A stretch of 64,000 nt of DNA from Flavobacteriales bacterium (GCA_002718035.1 PBCX01000008.1:27824-91823); one strand, 5' to 3'; shown: positions 41,517-51,699, numbered from the stretch's first letter. Made by a program: numbers and translations. The notes: a model not told the origin generated them from the letters alone.

Positions 41517-42590
41517 ATGATAGATAAATTAGAAGCAATTAAGGTTCGTTTTGATGAGGTCAGTAAGCTGATTGTTGACCCCAATATTATTTCTGATATG
41601 AAAAAATATATAAAACTTAATAAAGAATATAAAGATTTAGATATTATCGTCTCAGTCTATAATAATTATAAAAATATTATTTCAAATATTGATTCAGCAA
41701 AAAAAATTTTAAACGAAGAGAATGATATAGAGTTAAAAGAAATGGCTAAGTCAGAAATTGATTTGTATTTAACCAAAAAGCAAGAGATTGAGCAAGAGAT
41801 TAAAATTTTATTAATTCCTAAAGACCCCAATGATGATAGAAATGCTGTAGTAGAAATAGTTGCTGGAACTGGCGGAGATGAGGCTAGTATTTTCTGTGGA
41901 GATTTGTATAGAATGTATACAAAATTTATTGAGTCCAAAAAATGGAATCTAGAACTTGTTGATTATACTGAAGGTACTTCTGGTGGCTTTAAGTCAATAG
42001 TATTTAATGTTATGGGTGTTGGTGCCTACGGTTTTTTGAAATATGAAGGTGGAGTCCATAGAGTTCAAAGAGTTCCTAAGACAGAAACACAAGGCAGAGT
42101 TCACACCTCTGCATCAGCTGTTATTGTTTTGCCAGAAGCAGAAGAGTTTGATGTGGAGTTGAAAGATTCTGAGATAAAAAAAGAAACCTATTGTTCATCA
42201 GGACCTGGAGGTCAATCTGTAAATACCACTTATTCAGCAGTAAGGTTAACTCATTTACCTACTGGAATTGTTGCTCAGTGTCAAGATCAAAAATCTCAAA
42301 TTAAAAATTATGCTCAAGCACTAAAGGTTTTAAGAACTAGAATTTATGAAATGGAGTTAAAAAAGAAACAAGATGAGGAAGGGGATCTTAGAAAAACTAT
42401 GGTATCATCCGGGGATAGATCTGATAAAATTAGAACTTATAATTATCCACAAGGACGTGTAACTGATCACAGAATTGGTTTGACTTTATATTCTCTCGGT
42501 GAGATAATAGACGGAGATATAAATAAAATAATTGAAGAACTGAAAATAGCAGATAACTCAGAAAAATTAAAGCAAGGGAAGAATGAATAA
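41517..42590 (+). CDS. prfA: Peptide chain release factor 1
   Basis: 357 aa. GGQ motif ([11 protein letters not shown]), [17 protein letters not shown] tripeptide region, and N-terminal RF1-type coiled coil. Confidence 0.95.
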   Translation: MIDKLEAIKVRFDEVSKLIVDPNIISDMKKYIKLNKEYKDLDIIVSVYNNYKNIISNIDSAKKILNEENDIELKEMAKSEIDLYLTKKQEIEQEIKILLIPKDPNDDRNAVVEIVAGTGGDEASIFCGDLYRMYTKFIESKKWNLELVDYTEGTSGGFKSIVFNVMGVGAYGFLKYEGGVHRVQRVPKTETQGRVHTSASAVIVLPEAEEFDVELKDSEIKKETYCSSGPGGQSVNTTYSAVRLTHLPTGIVAQCQDQKSQIKNYAQALKVLRTRIYEMELKKKQDEEGDLRKTMVSSGDRSDKIRTYNYPQGRVTDHRIGLTLYSLGEIIDGDINKIIEELKIADNSEKLKQGKNE

Positions 42591-43392
42591 AAAAAAAATA
42601 ATTGAAAAAATACATGAAAAAAAATCTTTTTTATGTGTTGGTTTAGATCCTGACCTTGATAAGTTTCCAAGTTTTATCTTAAATGAGGAAGATCCAATTT
42701 TCTTTTTTAATAAAAAAATAATTGATTCTACTAAAGATTATTGCGTGTCCTATAAAGTTAATTTAGCTTTTTATGAGAAATATGGATTAAAAGGTATTAA
42801 TTCTTTAAAAAAAACAATTGATTACATTCCAGATGACTTTTTTGTTATAGCAGATGCAAAAAGAGGGGATATATTAAATACATCAAAGATGTATGCAGAT
42901 GCATTTTATAATAATTTTAATTTCGATGCTGTTACTTTATCTCCTTACATGGGTGGAGATTGCGTTATGCCATTTATGAGAGAGGGTAAATGGAGTATTG
43001 TTTTAATTGCCACTTCTAATCCTACTGCTGATGACTTTCAAATGATTAAAACAGAAAAAGGAACACCTTTATTTATGGAAGTTTTAAATAGAGCTAAATC
43101 TTGGGGTAACTCAGAAAATATGATGTTTGTAGTTGGAGGGACTAGACCAGATGTAATTAAAGAAATTAGAGAAAATGCTAAAGATTTTTTTTTACTTATA
43201 CCGGGTCTTGGGAGTCAAGGTGGTGAATTATCTAAGATTGTTAAAAATGGATTCAATGATAAAATTGGAATTTTAGTTAATTGTTCTAGATCTATTTTAT
43301 ATGCAGGTAAGGGAGCTGACTTTTTTATTGATTCTCAAAAGGAAGCAAAGAGAATTCAAAAAGAAATGTCTAAATATTTAACTAATTTTTAA
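42583..43392 (+). CDS. pyrF: Orotidine 5'-phosphate decarboxylase (type 2)
   Basis: 269 aa. LCVGLDPD and ADAKRGDI catalytic motifs. Start overlaps the prfA stop by 8 nt. Confidence 0.9.
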   Translation: MNKKKIIEKIHEKKSFLCVGLDPDLDKFPSFILNEEDPIFFFNKKIIDSTKDYCVSYKVNLAFYEKYGLKGINSLKKTIDYIPDDFFVIADAKRGDILNTSKMYADAFYNNFNFDAVTLSPYMGGDCVMPFMREGKWSIVLIATSNPTADDFQMIKTEKGTPLFMEVLNRAKSWGNSENMMFVVGGTRPDVIKEIRENAKDFFLLIPGLGSQGGELSKIVKNGFNDKIGILVNCSRSILYAGKGADFFIDSQKEAKRIQKEMSKYLTNF

Positions 43393-45613
43393 TAGTAAGT
43401 CTCAAAACTGAGCAAGTGGCATTTTCAACAAATTTATCTTTTCCAGTGCCAAATAATATACTTGCCCAATCGTTATGTTTTGGAGTCCCAATTATTAGTA
43501 AGTCATATTCTGCGGAAATTTCAGAAATATATTTTTCTGGGTTGTTATGTTTAATTAGACTTAGTTCACCATGAGGATATTTTTTAAGAATTTCCTCAGT
43601 TCTGAACTTTATTTCATTAATTTCTGAATTTTCAGTATCAGTTGGAATGATGTGAAGGACAGTGAAATTAGCTTCAATTCCATCGCTATCATTATTATAA
43701 AAATCAGTTATCATACTTGTTGCTTCAATAAATTTAGAATTATCTTTTTGTGGTAGTATAGCTAATAAAATTCTATTAATATACTTTATTCCATTATCTT
43801 TAAATAAAGCAACATTAGAGTCAACATTTGTAACTAACCAGCCAATTGGATTATTTATTAAAATACCTTGGTGATCCACTCCATTCCATCCTAAAACAAG
43901 CCAATCACAATGAGTTTGTTCACTTAGTGATTGAACAGTATTGGTAAGATTATGTGTTCTATATTTTTTAAAGTTTATTTGTATTTTTTTATCCCTTTCA
44001 AGTAATTTTAATTGTCTTTTAATTGTTTCTGATTTTCTATCTCTTTCAAAAAACTCATTATCTAAAAAAGTTTGATCTGGCACCTCAGTTACATGAATTG
44101 TTTGAACTTTTTTATTTTTTGTAATCGCTCCAGCAATTTCTGTAATAATTTCAGGTGACTTTTCATTTCCTAATAAAGGCACGATTGCACCTGCGTCAGA
44201 TAAAATTTCATTTTCTAATTTTGTTTTTCTTTGTTTTTTTTCAAAATCATCTTGCATTAAGTTAAAATCTTTTCTTCTTCCGTAAAACATATACAACGCA
44301 GGCCTATTTCCGTATTTTGTAATTATGCCTTCTCTCATAGTCCTTTTTTTACCGTAAAAAAAGTAAATCATTGTACCTAATAAGCTAATAACAATTATTG
44401 CAATAATTGGCATCCAACCAAGATAAAAAAGTAATAATATTCCCCCAAGAATTCCTAAAATTTGTGTTAGTGGATATAATGGTGATTTATATGTTGGTTT
44501 GTACCATTGAACCCCTGTCTCTCTCAAAACAATAACACATGCATTAACCGCAATAAACATAGTTATTTTAAAAGCACTTGCTAATTTTGCTATTTTTATA
44601 ACATCTACATAAATTACAACAAGAGCCATCATTATACAGGTGAATGCAATAGCAATAACTGGTGTTAGATATTTTGGGTGAAGATAAGTCATATAGTTAG
44701 GAAGCAATTTGTCTTTAGCCATAGCAAAAGGAAATCTTGATGAAGCTAAAACCCCAGAATTTACTAATGAGACTAAAGTTAAAATTCCAACAACAGCTGC
44801 AGAGTAACCAACATAAATATTGTTGTTTGTTAAGGTTTCAGCCAAAGTGTAGATAGGACGGTAATCTTTTTTTAAAGATTCAGGTGAAACATACTCTGTT
44901 AAAATAAATGCAACAGCAGAATAAATAATAGTCATGATTAACAAGGAGGTTAACATTGCTAATGGTAAATTTTTGGATGGGTTTTTAACCTCACCTGCAA
45001 CAGCTGCAATTTTAGTAACTCCAGCATATGAAAGGTAGACAAAGGCAACTGTAGCTAATAAACTTTTTTTATTTGACGGTATGTCAAAGTTTGTGTTATT
45101 TATATCTAATTTTCCAATTCCAACACCGAGTAAAGCAATTAAAAAAAATATTCCAAGTCCAATAATAACAAGTTGAACCTTTCCAACTTTTTTCACTCCC
45201 AATATGTTTAATAAAAAAACAATGATTAGAAATCCAATTGAAAGATATTTAATGTCTAATCCCAAATTAACGACAGCCAATAAATACGCTCCAAAGCCAA
45301 TTAGAGCAAAAGAGCTTTTTAGAATTAATGATGCCCAAAGTCCTATTCCTGAAATTGTTCCAAATAAAGGACCAAAGGCTCTTTCAATATACACATAAGT
45401 ACCGCCAGATTGTGGCATTGCAGTAGCTAATTCAGATTTAGAAAGCACACTTGGTAAAATAAAAAGACCTGAAAATATGTAAGCTAACCAAAGATACTCA
45501 CCAATCATTCCTGCGGCTACACCAGGAAGGACAAATATCCCAGTTCCTAGCATTCCTGCAATACTTATTGCTATTACAGCAGATAGAGTTAATTTTCTTT
45601 CAAGTTTTTTCAA
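43382..45613 (-). CDS. APC-superfamily amino acid permease fused to a C-terminal cytoplasmic tandem Usp-like region
   Basis: 743 aa. About 12 TM helices in residues 1 to about 430 (SGGTYVYIERAFG). The soluble tail of about 300 aa has two alpha/beta Usp-like halves (...ILLAILP...; ...YDLLIIGTP...). Confidence 0.8.
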   Translation of the reverse strand: MKKLERKLTLSAVIAISIAGMLGTGIFVLPGVAAGMIGEYLWLAYIFSGLFILPSVLSKSELATAMPQSGGTYVYIERAFGPLFGTISGIGLWASLILKSSFALIGFGAYLLAVVNLGLDIKYLSIGFLIIVFLLNILGVKKVGKVQLVIIGLGIFFLIALLGVGIGKLDINNTNFDIPSNKKSLLATVAFVYLSYAGVTKIAAVAGEVKNPSKNLPLAMLTSLLIMTIIYSAVAFILTEYVSPESLKKDYRPIYTLAETLTNNNIYVGYSAAVVGILTLVSLVNSGVLASSRFPFAMAKDKLLPNYMTYLHPKYLTPVIAIAFTCIMMALVVIYVDVIKIAKLASAFKITMFIAVNACVIVLRETGVQWYKPTYKSPLYPLTQILGILGGILLLFYLGWMPIIAIIVISLLGTMIYFFYGKKRTMREGIITKYGNRPALYMFYGRRKDFNLMQDDFEKKQRKTKLENEILSDAGAIVPLLGNEKSPEIITEIAGAITKNKKVQTIHVTEVPDQTFLDNEFFERDRKSETIKRQLKLLERDKKIQINFKKYRTHNLTNTVQSLSEQTHCDWLVLGWNGVDHQGILINNPIGWLVTNVDSNVALFKDNGIKYINRILLAILPQKDNSKFIEATSMITDFYNNDSDGIEANFTVLHIIPTDTENSEINEIKFRTEEILKKYPHGELSLIKHNNPEKYISEISAEYDLLIIGTPKHNDWASILFGTGKDKFVENATCSVLRLTIKN

Positions 45614-45668
45614 ATGTTTTATTGTTTTAATTTATAAAAATATACTTTTAAAGTAATAAAAAAAATAT

Positions 45669-46181
45669 ATGTTTAATATTCTATATGCTCTTAGTTTTTC
45701 AACAGCAGAACAAATCAATTTGGTTCTTCTTATTTTTATAACAGTCCTAGAGTTTATTGCTTTTGCTTGGCTTATAGTTCAAATGAGAAAGTCAGGTAGA
45801 GAAAGAGATAAGATAATAAAATTAGAGGAAAGACAAATTGCTATGGAAAGAAGAATTTTGAAAACATTAGATATTAATCAATTAGCAAAAACTCATGATT
45901 TAGCAGAATTTTTAGATCATATTTCTATTGAAGGGAATGCAGATGTTAATTTGGAGGAAGTTAGTATTTCTTCTCTTTCAGCCAAATATGAAAATAAAAC
46001 TTTTTCGCAAATACAAGCGAGACATCATACAGGGTGTACTATCATAGGAGTTAAATTATTTGATGGTAAGTATATTGTAAACCCAGGAGCTGATACAATA
46101 CTAAAACCAAATTCTAAATTATTTATTCTAGGTAACTCTGAGCAAATAATGCAATTCAGGTATAAATTAAATAATAATTAA
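45669..46181 (+). CDS. Membrane-anchored RCK_C (TrkA-C) domain protein
   Basis: 170 aa. One N-terminal TM helix (LVLLIFITVLEFIAFAWLIV). C-terminal TrkA_C-like segment LEEVSIS..S...NKTFSQIQARHHTGCTIIGVKL.DGKYIVNPGADTILKPNSKLFILG. Confidence 0.6.
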   Translation: MFNILYALSFSTAEQINLVLLIFITVLEFIAFAWLIVQMRKSGRERDKIIKLEERQIAMERRILKTLDINQLAKTHDLAEFLDHISIEGNADVNLEEVSISSLSAKYENKTFSQIQARHHTGCTIIGVKLFDGKYIVNPGADTILKPNSKLFILGNSEQIMQFRYKLNNN

Positions 46182-46190
46182 TATAATATT

Positions 46191-47066
46191 TTGAAAAAAA
46201 TTTTAATAACAGGTGGTAATGGATTATTAGGTCAGTCTTTAAGGTTGATGCTTTCAAAGCAATATGAAATTATTGCTACAGGTTTAAACTCAGATAGGTT
46301 AAAAAATCATAATCATACTTATACTTCTCTCGATGTTTCTATTATGAAAGATTGTGAAAATATTTTAGTTCAATTTATGCCGGATGTTGTTATAAATACG
46401 GCTGCAATAACTGATGTTGATTACTGTGAGTTAAATAAAAAAAAATGCCTTAATATTAACGCTCTTTCAATTAATACTTTTTTATCTTATTGTAAAAAAT
46501 ATAATAAAAAGTTTATTCATTTGTCAACAGATTTTTTATTCGATGGAAAATTGGGACCTTATCATGAGAATGAAGAATGTAACCCAATAAATTATTATGG
46601 TTTTTCTAAAATGAAAGCAGAAAATTTAATTATTAATACAAAACTTAAAAATTTTTCTATTATTAGAACTTGCTTAGTTTATGGAAAAAAAATTGATTCA
46701 AATAATATATTTATGTGGGTCAAAAAAAAATTAGAAAAAGGTGAAGCTCTTAATATTGTTGATGATCAGTATAGAACACCGACCCTTTACTCTGATTTGT
46801 CTCAGGCAATTTTTGAAATAATTAAATTAGATTTAAAAGGCATATATAATATTTCTGGAGGCGAATATTTATCAATTTTTGATTTTGTTTGTAAAATTGT
46901 AAGTATTTTTGATTTTGATAAATCTTTAGTTAAAAGATGTAACTCAGATAAAATTAATCAAAAGGCACAAAGGCCAAAAAAATCAGGTTTGTTAATTGAT
47001 AAAGCAATTAAAGACTTTAATTATTTGCCAACTAAAATGGAAGTTTATTTAAAATCGATAAAATGA
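46191..47066 (+). CDS. dTDP-4-dehydrorhamnose reductase-like SDR (RmlD substrate-binding family)
   Basis: 291 aa. [14 protein letters not shown] Rossmann N-terminus (TTG start) and YGFSK catalytic Yxxx K. Confidence 0.75.
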   Translation: MKKILITGGNGLLGQSLRLMLSKQYEIIATGLNSDRLKNHNHTYTSLDVSIMKDCENILVQFMPDVVINTAAITDVDYCELNKKKCLNINALSINTFLSYCKKYNKKFIHLSTDFLFDGKLGPYHENEECNPINYYGFSKMKAENLIINTKLKNFSIIRTCLVYGKKIDSNNIFMWVKKKLEKGEALNIVDDQYRTPTLYSDLSQAIFEIIKLDLKGIYNISGGEYLSIFDFVCKIVSIFDFDKSLVKRCNSDKINQKAQRPKKSGLLIDKAIKDFNYLPTKMEVYLKSIK

Positions 47067-48877
47067 AAAAAAATATTTTAATTTTTTTATTAATACCATT
47101 CTTTTCTGTTTTTTCACAAAAAGTATATACAACAGATCTGATTAAAGACATCTTATCAAGCAGACAATATTCATATAAATCAATTGAAGGTTTAGAATTA
47201 AATTTAAGTCAGGATGATGTAATAACATTTTATGAAAATGGGGCATTTAAATACAACGTCGGTAATAAAAATAGCGAAGGAACATGGATCTTAAATGAAA
47301 AAACTTTAAAATTTACATATAGTGACACTGTTAGATTTTTTAAGATTATTGATTTTTCAAAAAATAATTTTTCTATTCATGAAGAGTTAAGTAACTATAA
47401 ATTTCATTTTGAACACACATTTACAAATAAATTAAATTTTTTTTCAATTACTTTAGACAATATTTTTAAACCGATAGTAGATAATATTGCAAAAGTAATA
47501 TTCTTTGATGTCACTAAAGTCATTGGTCAAAATAAAGAAGTGCCCTTTATAGTTATTTGGTTGATATTAGGTGCCTTATTTTTTACATTTAAAATGAATT
47601 TTATAAACCTTAGAGGATTTAATCATGCAATTTCTTTAGTTAGAGGAGATTATCATGATCCAAAAAATAAAGGAGAAGTGTCTCATTTTCAAGCTTTAAC
47701 TACCGCTTTGTCAGGGACTGTAGGTCTTGGAAATATTGCGGGGGTTGCAATTGCTATAAGTTTAGGTGGTCCTGGAGCTACTTTTTGGATGATTGTAGCT
47801 GGTTTGATTGGCATGTCTTCAAAATTTGTTGAATGCACTTTAGGGGTTAAGTATAGAAAGATTGATGAAAATGGTGTTGTTTCAGGCGGTCCGATGTATT
47901 ATTTAAAAGATGGTTTAGCCAAAAAAAATCTTCCTAATTTAGGAAAATTTTTAGCAATTCTTTTTGCTATTTTATGTATTGGTGGTTCTATTGGAGGAGG
48001 TAATATGTTTCAAGCAAATCAAGCTTTTGCAGCTTTTAAAACTGTCTTTCCAGCCATGTCTAATTTTGGACCTCTTTTTGGTTTATTTTTAGCAATTATG
48101 GTTGGTGTTGTTATTATTGGTGGAATAAAAAGTATTGCTAAAGTTACTGAGAAAATAGTTCCTTTTATGGCCGCAATTTATGTTGGTGCAGCTTTAATTA
48201 TTATAGGATATCATTTTACAGATTTACCCATAGTCTTTAGTAAAATAATAAAGGGTGCTTTTAGTCCAGAAGCTGGTTTAGGAGGCTTTATAGGTGTTTT
48301 AATTGTAGGATTTAAAAGAGCTGCTTTTTCTAACGAGGCAGGAGTTGGTTCTGCTTCAATTGCACATTCTGCCGCAAAAACTAAAGAACCAGTGTCAGAG
48401 GGGATGGTTGCTTTATTAGAACCTTTTATTGATACTATTGTAATATGTACAATTACTGCAATAGTTATAATTATAACTGGAAGCTATACAAATGTCGGTG
48501 GTTTGGGTGGTTCAGAACTAACTTCTCAAGCATTTGGAAGTGTAATATGGTGGTTTCCATATATTTTAACTATTGCAATTTTTCTTTTTGCTTTTTCTAC
48601 GATCATTTCTTGGTCTTATTATGGATTAAAATCTTGGACATTTTTATTTGGTCAAAGTAAAGTTACAGAGTTAACTTATAAGATTCTATTGATGTTTTTT
48701 GTCGTGGTTGGGTCTTCTGTCAATTTAGGTTCCGTTTTAGATTTCTCTGATATGATGATTCTTGCTATGGCTTTTCCAAATATTATTGGTTTATTATTTT
48801 TGTCATCAGAAGTTAAAGAAGACTTGAAAACATATTTAGAAAAAGTAAAAAATGGTTCAATTAAAAAATATAAGTAA
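47063..48877 (+). CDS. Alanine/glycine:cation symporter (AGCS) family transporter with a signal-peptide-bearing N-terminal extension of about 120 aa
   Basis: 604 aa. AGCS core from about residue 125 ([40 protein letters not shown]; [15 protein letters not shown]). ATGA overlap with the upstream gene supports the start at 47063. Confidence 0.85.
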   Translation: MKKNILIFLLIPFFSVFSQKVYTTDLIKDILSSRQYSYKSIEGLELNLSQDDVITFYENGAFKYNVGNKNSEGTWILNEKTLKFTYSDTVRFFKIIDFSKNNFSIHEELSNYKFHFEHTFTNKLNFFSITLDNIFKPIVDNIAKVIFFDVTKVIGQNKEVPFIVIWLILGALFFTFKMNFINLRGFNHAISLVRGDYHDPKNKGEVSHFQALTTALSGTVGLGNIAGVAIAISLGGPGATFWMIVAGLIGMSSKFVECTLGVKYRKIDENGVVSGGPMYYLKDGLAKKNLPNLGKFLAILFAILCIGGSIGGGNMFQANQAFAAFKTVFPAMSNFGPLFGLFLAIMVGVVIIGGIKSIAKVTEKIVPFMAAIYVGAALIIIGYHFTDLPIVFSKIIKGAFSPEAGLGGFIGVLIVGFKRAAFSNEAGVGSASIAHSAAKTKEPVSEGMVALLEPFIDTIVICTITAIVIIITGSYTNVGGLGGSELTSQAFGSVIWWFPYILTIAIFLFAFSTIISWSYYGLKSWTFLFGQSKVTELTYKILLMFFVVVGSSVNLGSVLDFSDMMILAMAFPNIIGLLFLSSEVKEDLKTYLEKVKNGSIKKYK

Positions 48878-48879
48878 TA

Positions 48880-50019
48880 ATGGATTTAAATTATACAGAA
48901 AATCAAAAGATTATTTTAGAGACTATTAAAGAGTTTTCAAAAAGAGAAATCGTACCATTTATGAATGAATGGGATGAGAACCAAATTTTTCCTTTAGATC
49001 TCTTTAAAAAAATTGGTGAGTTAGGAATGATGGGTGTGTTAGTTCCTGAAGAATATGGTGGAGCTGGTTTTTCTTATGATGAATATGTAACAATAATTTC
49101 AGAAATATCTACAATATGTGGTTCTATTGGTCTTTCTGTTGCAGCACATAATTCTCTTTGTACTGGTCATATTTTAAAATTTGGAAACGAAGAGCAAAAA
49201 AAGAAATATCTTCCTAAATTAGCTTCTGGCCAATATTTAGGTGCTTGGGCATTGACAGAGCCCGTTACCGGATCTGATGCTATGAGAATGAATACTACTG
49301 CGAAAAAACAAGGTGATAATTGGCTAATAAACGGATCTAAAAACTTCATAACACACGGTTCGAGTGGAGATGTTATTGTTGTTGTTGCTAGAACTGGTGA
49401 GTTAGGAGACTCTAGAGGAATATCGGCTTTTATTGTCGATTCTTCAAATCCTGGCGTTACATCAGGGAAAAAAGAAAATAAATTGGGCATGAGGGCTTCT
49501 GAAACAGCAGAGATTATTTTTAATAATTGCATCATATCTAATGATGCTTTGATTGGTGAAATTGGAGAAGGGTTTATTCAGTCTATGAAAATTTTAGATG
49601 GAGGAAGAATTTCAATTGCAGCATTATCTTTAGGTATAGCCAAAGGAGCATATAATGCTGCTTTAAAATACTCACAAGAAAGATCTCAGTTTGGAAAAAA
49701 AATATCTAATTTTCAATCAATATCTTTTATGTTAGCTGATATGGCTACTGAAATAAACGCGGCAGAATTATTGATATATAAATCTGCGTATTTGATTAAT
49801 AATAATAAATCAGTTACAACGGATAGTGCAATGGCTAAATATTTTTCTTCTGAGTTAGCAGTCAAAATATCTTCACAGGCTGTTCAAATATTTGGTGGGT
49901 ATGGTTTTGTAAAAGATTTTCCTGTAGAAAAATTTTATAGAGATTCAAAACTTTGCACTATTGGAGAAGGGACATCGCAAATACAAAAATTAGTTATTTC
50001 AAAAAATATTCTTTCGTAG
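48880..50019 (+). CDS. Acyl-CoA dehydrogenase (short/branched-chain type)
   Basis: 379 aa. Segments GAWALTEPVTGSDA, FGGYGF and CTIGEGTSQIQ. Confidence 0.92.
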   Translation: MDLNYTENQKIILETIKEFSKREIVPFMNEWDENQIFPLDLFKKIGELGMMGVLVPEEYGGAGFSYDEYVTIISEISTICGSIGLSVAAHNSLCTGHILKFGNEEQKKKYLPKLASGQYLGAWALTEPVTGSDAMRMNTTAKKQGDNWLINGSKNFITHGSSGDVIVVVARTGELGDSRGISAFIVDSSNPGVTSGKKENKLGMRASETAEIIFNNCIISNDALIGEIGEGFIQSMKILDGGRISIAALSLGIAKGAYNAALKYSQERSQFGKKISNFQSISFMLADMATEINAAELLIYKSAYLINNNKSVTTDSAMAKYFSSELAVKISSQAVQIFGGYGFVKDFPVEKFYRDSKLCTIGEGTSQIQKLVISKNILS

Positions 50020-50033
50020 TATTTATTTTTTTA

Positions 50034-50041
50034 TATATTTG
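50034..50041 (+). promoter_or_regulatory. Candidate -7 promoter box TATATTTG upstream of rpsU
   Basis: Exact TAnnTTTG match 24 nt before the rpsU ATG (50065). Confidence 0.35.
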
Positions 50042-50064
50042 TCAGCAATATTTAAAATAAAATT

Positions 50065-50262
50065 ATGATAATAATACCTATTAAAGATGGTGAATCCATT
50101 GAAAGGCCACTTAAAAGATTTAAAAGGAAGTTTGAAAAAACTAAAGGTTTAAAGCAATTAAGAGCAAGAAGGTATTTTACAAAAAAGTCTGAAAAAAGAA
50201 GAGAACAAGTTTTGAAGGCTTCATATAACCAAAGGAAAAGTACATTAGAAGACCAATCATAG
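50065..50262 (+). CDS. rpsU: 30S ribosomal protein S21
   Basis: 65 aa, basic. ...ESIERPLKRFKRKFEKTKGLKQLRARRYFTKKSEKRR... Confidence 0.93.
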   Translation: MIIIPIKDGESIERPLKRFKRKFEKTKGLKQLRARRYFTKKSEKRREQVLKASYNQRKSTLEDQS

Positions 50263-50267
50263 TCTTT

Positions 50268-51131
50268 ATGTATTTAGACCAATTTTTAAATTATCTAAAA
50301 AACGAACGTAATTTTTCTAAAAAAACTATTGAGTCTTACCTAAACGATGTTAATCAATTTTTCCTGTTTAATAACGTTGAGCTCGGCATAATTAGCTCAA
50401 GCGATATACGTGGATGGGTAATTTCCTTAAAAGAGTCTGGTCTTGAGTCAGTTTCAATCAATAGAAAAATTAGTTCACTAAGGTCATATTTTAAACTCTG
50501 TAAAAGAGAATCTTGGATTGATCAAGATCCATCTCAAAAAATAAAATTATTAGCTGTAAAAAAAAGATTGCCTAATTTTTTTTCTGAGTCTGCTATGGAA
50601 AATTTATTTTCTGAAGTAAAATTTCCAAACGATTTTACTGGGGCCAGAGATAGATTAATATTAGAAGTATTTTATTCAACTGGAATAAGAGTTTCTGAGC
50701 TGGTTGATTTAAAAAAAAGTCAATTTAATTTAACTTCGAAAACATTAATTGTATTTGGAAAAGGAAGGAAAGAAAGAATAATTCCTTTATTAAATAATGT
50801 TATAGAGAGCTTTAAAATATATATGAATTTTAGATCAAACATGAAATCTAATTATTTATTTTTAACTGTAAATTCAGAAAAAACTTATCCAAAATTAATT
50901 TATAGAGTTGTCAAAGAATATTTGGGTAAGGTCACTACAATATCAAAAAAAAGCCCTCATATTCTTAGACATACTTTTGCTACTCATTTATTAAATCGTG
51001 GAGCTGATATAAATACAATTAAGGAACTTTTGGGTCATAAAAGTTTACTTTCAACTCAGGTATACACCCACAATTCTTTAGAAAAAATTAAAAGAATTTA
51101 TCAAAAATCACATCCTAGAGGAGAAAAATAA
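50268..51131 (+). CDS. Tyrosine recombinase, XerC/XerD family
   Basis: 287 aa. SAM-like N-domain. Catalytic residues in ...GIRVSEL..., HILRHTFATHLL and GHKSLLSTQVYTH. Sits in the rpsU-recombinase-tRNA-tuf arrangement I associate with Bacteroidota. Confidence 0.85.
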   Translation: MYLDQFLNYLKNERNFSKKTIESYLNDVNQFFLFNNVELGIISSSDIRGWVISLKESGLESVSINRKISSLRSYFKLCKRESWIDQDPSQKIKLLAVKKRLPNFFSESAMENLFSEVKFPNDFTGARDRLILEVFYSTGIRVSELVDLKKSQFNLTSKTLIVFGKGRKERIIPLLNNVIESFKIYMNFRSNMKSNYLFLTVNSEKTYPKLIYRVVKEYLGKVTTISKKSPHILRHTFATHLLNRGADINTIKELLGHKSLLSTQVYTHNSLEKIKRIYQKSHPRGEK

Positions 51132-51173
51132 ATAACTATTCTTTTTTTTTATTTAAAAAAAAGAATAGTTATT
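51131..51173 (+). terminator. Perfect 19-bp AT-rich hairpin (loop TATTT) starting at the xerC stop codon; possible intrinsic or bidirectional terminator
   Basis: AATAACTATTCTTTTTTTT (51131-51149), loop TATTT, AAAAAAAAGAATAGTTATT (51155-51173). Only two G:C pairs, so stability is modest. Confidence 0.4.
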
Positions 51174-51197
51174 GTTTGTAAAAGATAAATGTTTTAA

Positions 51198-51205
51198 TAA
51201 ATTTG
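51198..51205 (+). promoter_or_regulatory. Candidate -7 promoter box TAAATTTG upstream of the tRNA cluster
   Basis: Exact TAnnTTTG match about 100 nt before tRNA-Thr. Confidence 0.25.
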
Positions 51206-51305
51206 CAATCCTTGTAAAAGGGGGAGGAATATTATATTGTTTTTTTTTAAATAATTTTTTAATCCTTTTTGCATTGTTGATGGTTGGTGTTTGTAGTATA
51301 AGTTT

Positions 51306-51379
51306 GCCGATGTAGCTCAGCTGGCTAGAGCAGCTGATTTGTAATCAGCAGGTCGTGGGTTCGAGTCCCTCCATCGGCT
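51306..51379 (+). tRNA. tRNA-Thr (anticodon TGT)
   Basis: 74 nt cloverleaf folded by hand. Acceptor GCCGATG/CATCGGC, anticodon loop TTTGTAA, T-loop TTCGAGT. One U-U mismatch in the T stem. No encoded CCA. Confidence 0.9.
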
Positions 51380-51417
51380 CGTTCTTTGAATGTTTAACAA
51401 TAAAAGTATTCCAAAAT

Positions 51418-51499
51418 GGGGGAATACTCAAGCGGTCAACGAGGGCAGACTGTAAATCTGCTGGCTTAGCCTTCAGAGGTTCGAATCCTCTTTCCCCCA
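51418..51499 (+). tRNA. tRNA-Tyr (anticodon GTA)
   Basis: 82 nt. Acceptor GGGGGAA/TTCCCCC, anticodon loop CTGTAAA, long variable arm, T-loop TTCGAAT. Confidence 0.92.
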
Positions 51500-51520
51500 C
51501 TATTTGGGTAAAAATTTTTT

Positions 51521-51593
51521 GCGGGAGTAGCTCAGTTGGTAGAGCATCAGCCTTCCAAGCTGAGGGTCGCGGGTTCGAGTCTCGTCTTCCGCT
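51521..51593 (+). tRNA. tRNA-Gly (anticodon TCC)
   Basis: 73 nt. Acceptor GCGGGAG/CTTCCGC, anticodon loop CTTCCAA, T-loop TTCGAGT. Confidence 0.92.
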
Positions 51594-51613
51594 CTAAAAT
51601 TGAAACAATTTTA

Positions 51614-51621
51614 TAAATTTG
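51614..51621 (+). promoter_or_regulatory. Candidate -7 promoter box TAAATTTG upstream of tuf
   Basis: Exact TAnnTTTG match about 78 nt before the tuf ATG. No well-spaced -33 TTG seen. Confidence 0.25.
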
Positions 51622-51699
51622 TTGCAATTTTAATATTTATATATATAAAAATAATTAATAAGTAAAATAAGTAAATAATAATTTTAAAAATAATAAGTC

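Noticed and set aside
51299-51306. TAAGTTTG, an exact TAnnTTTG box
   Set aside because: Its last base is the first base of tRNA-Thr, so a start 6-8 nt downstream would fall inside the mature tRNA. This is a chance match in AT-rich DNA.
51355-51371. U-U mismatch in the T stem of tRNA-Thr (pair 51356/51370)
   Set aside because: All other arms, the conserved T-loop, the anticodon loop and the acceptor pairing are intact, and the genomic context is canonical. A single non-Watson-Crick pair does not justify calling it a pseudo-tRNA.
51355-51597. 80-aa ORF in the track (MGSSPSIGSFFECL...)
   Set aside because: It is made entirely of the tRNA-Thr 3' end, tRNA-Tyr and tRNA-Gly sequences and their spacers. 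It is an artefact of an open frame across structural RNAs.
50268-51600. Tyrosine recombinase next to a tRNA cluster as the edge of an integrative element
   Set aside because: There are no direct repeats of the tRNA 3' ends, no cargo genes, and no compositional break. The rpsU-recombinase-tRNA-tuf order looks like the conserved housekeeping Xer-type arrangement of Bacteroidota, not an island.
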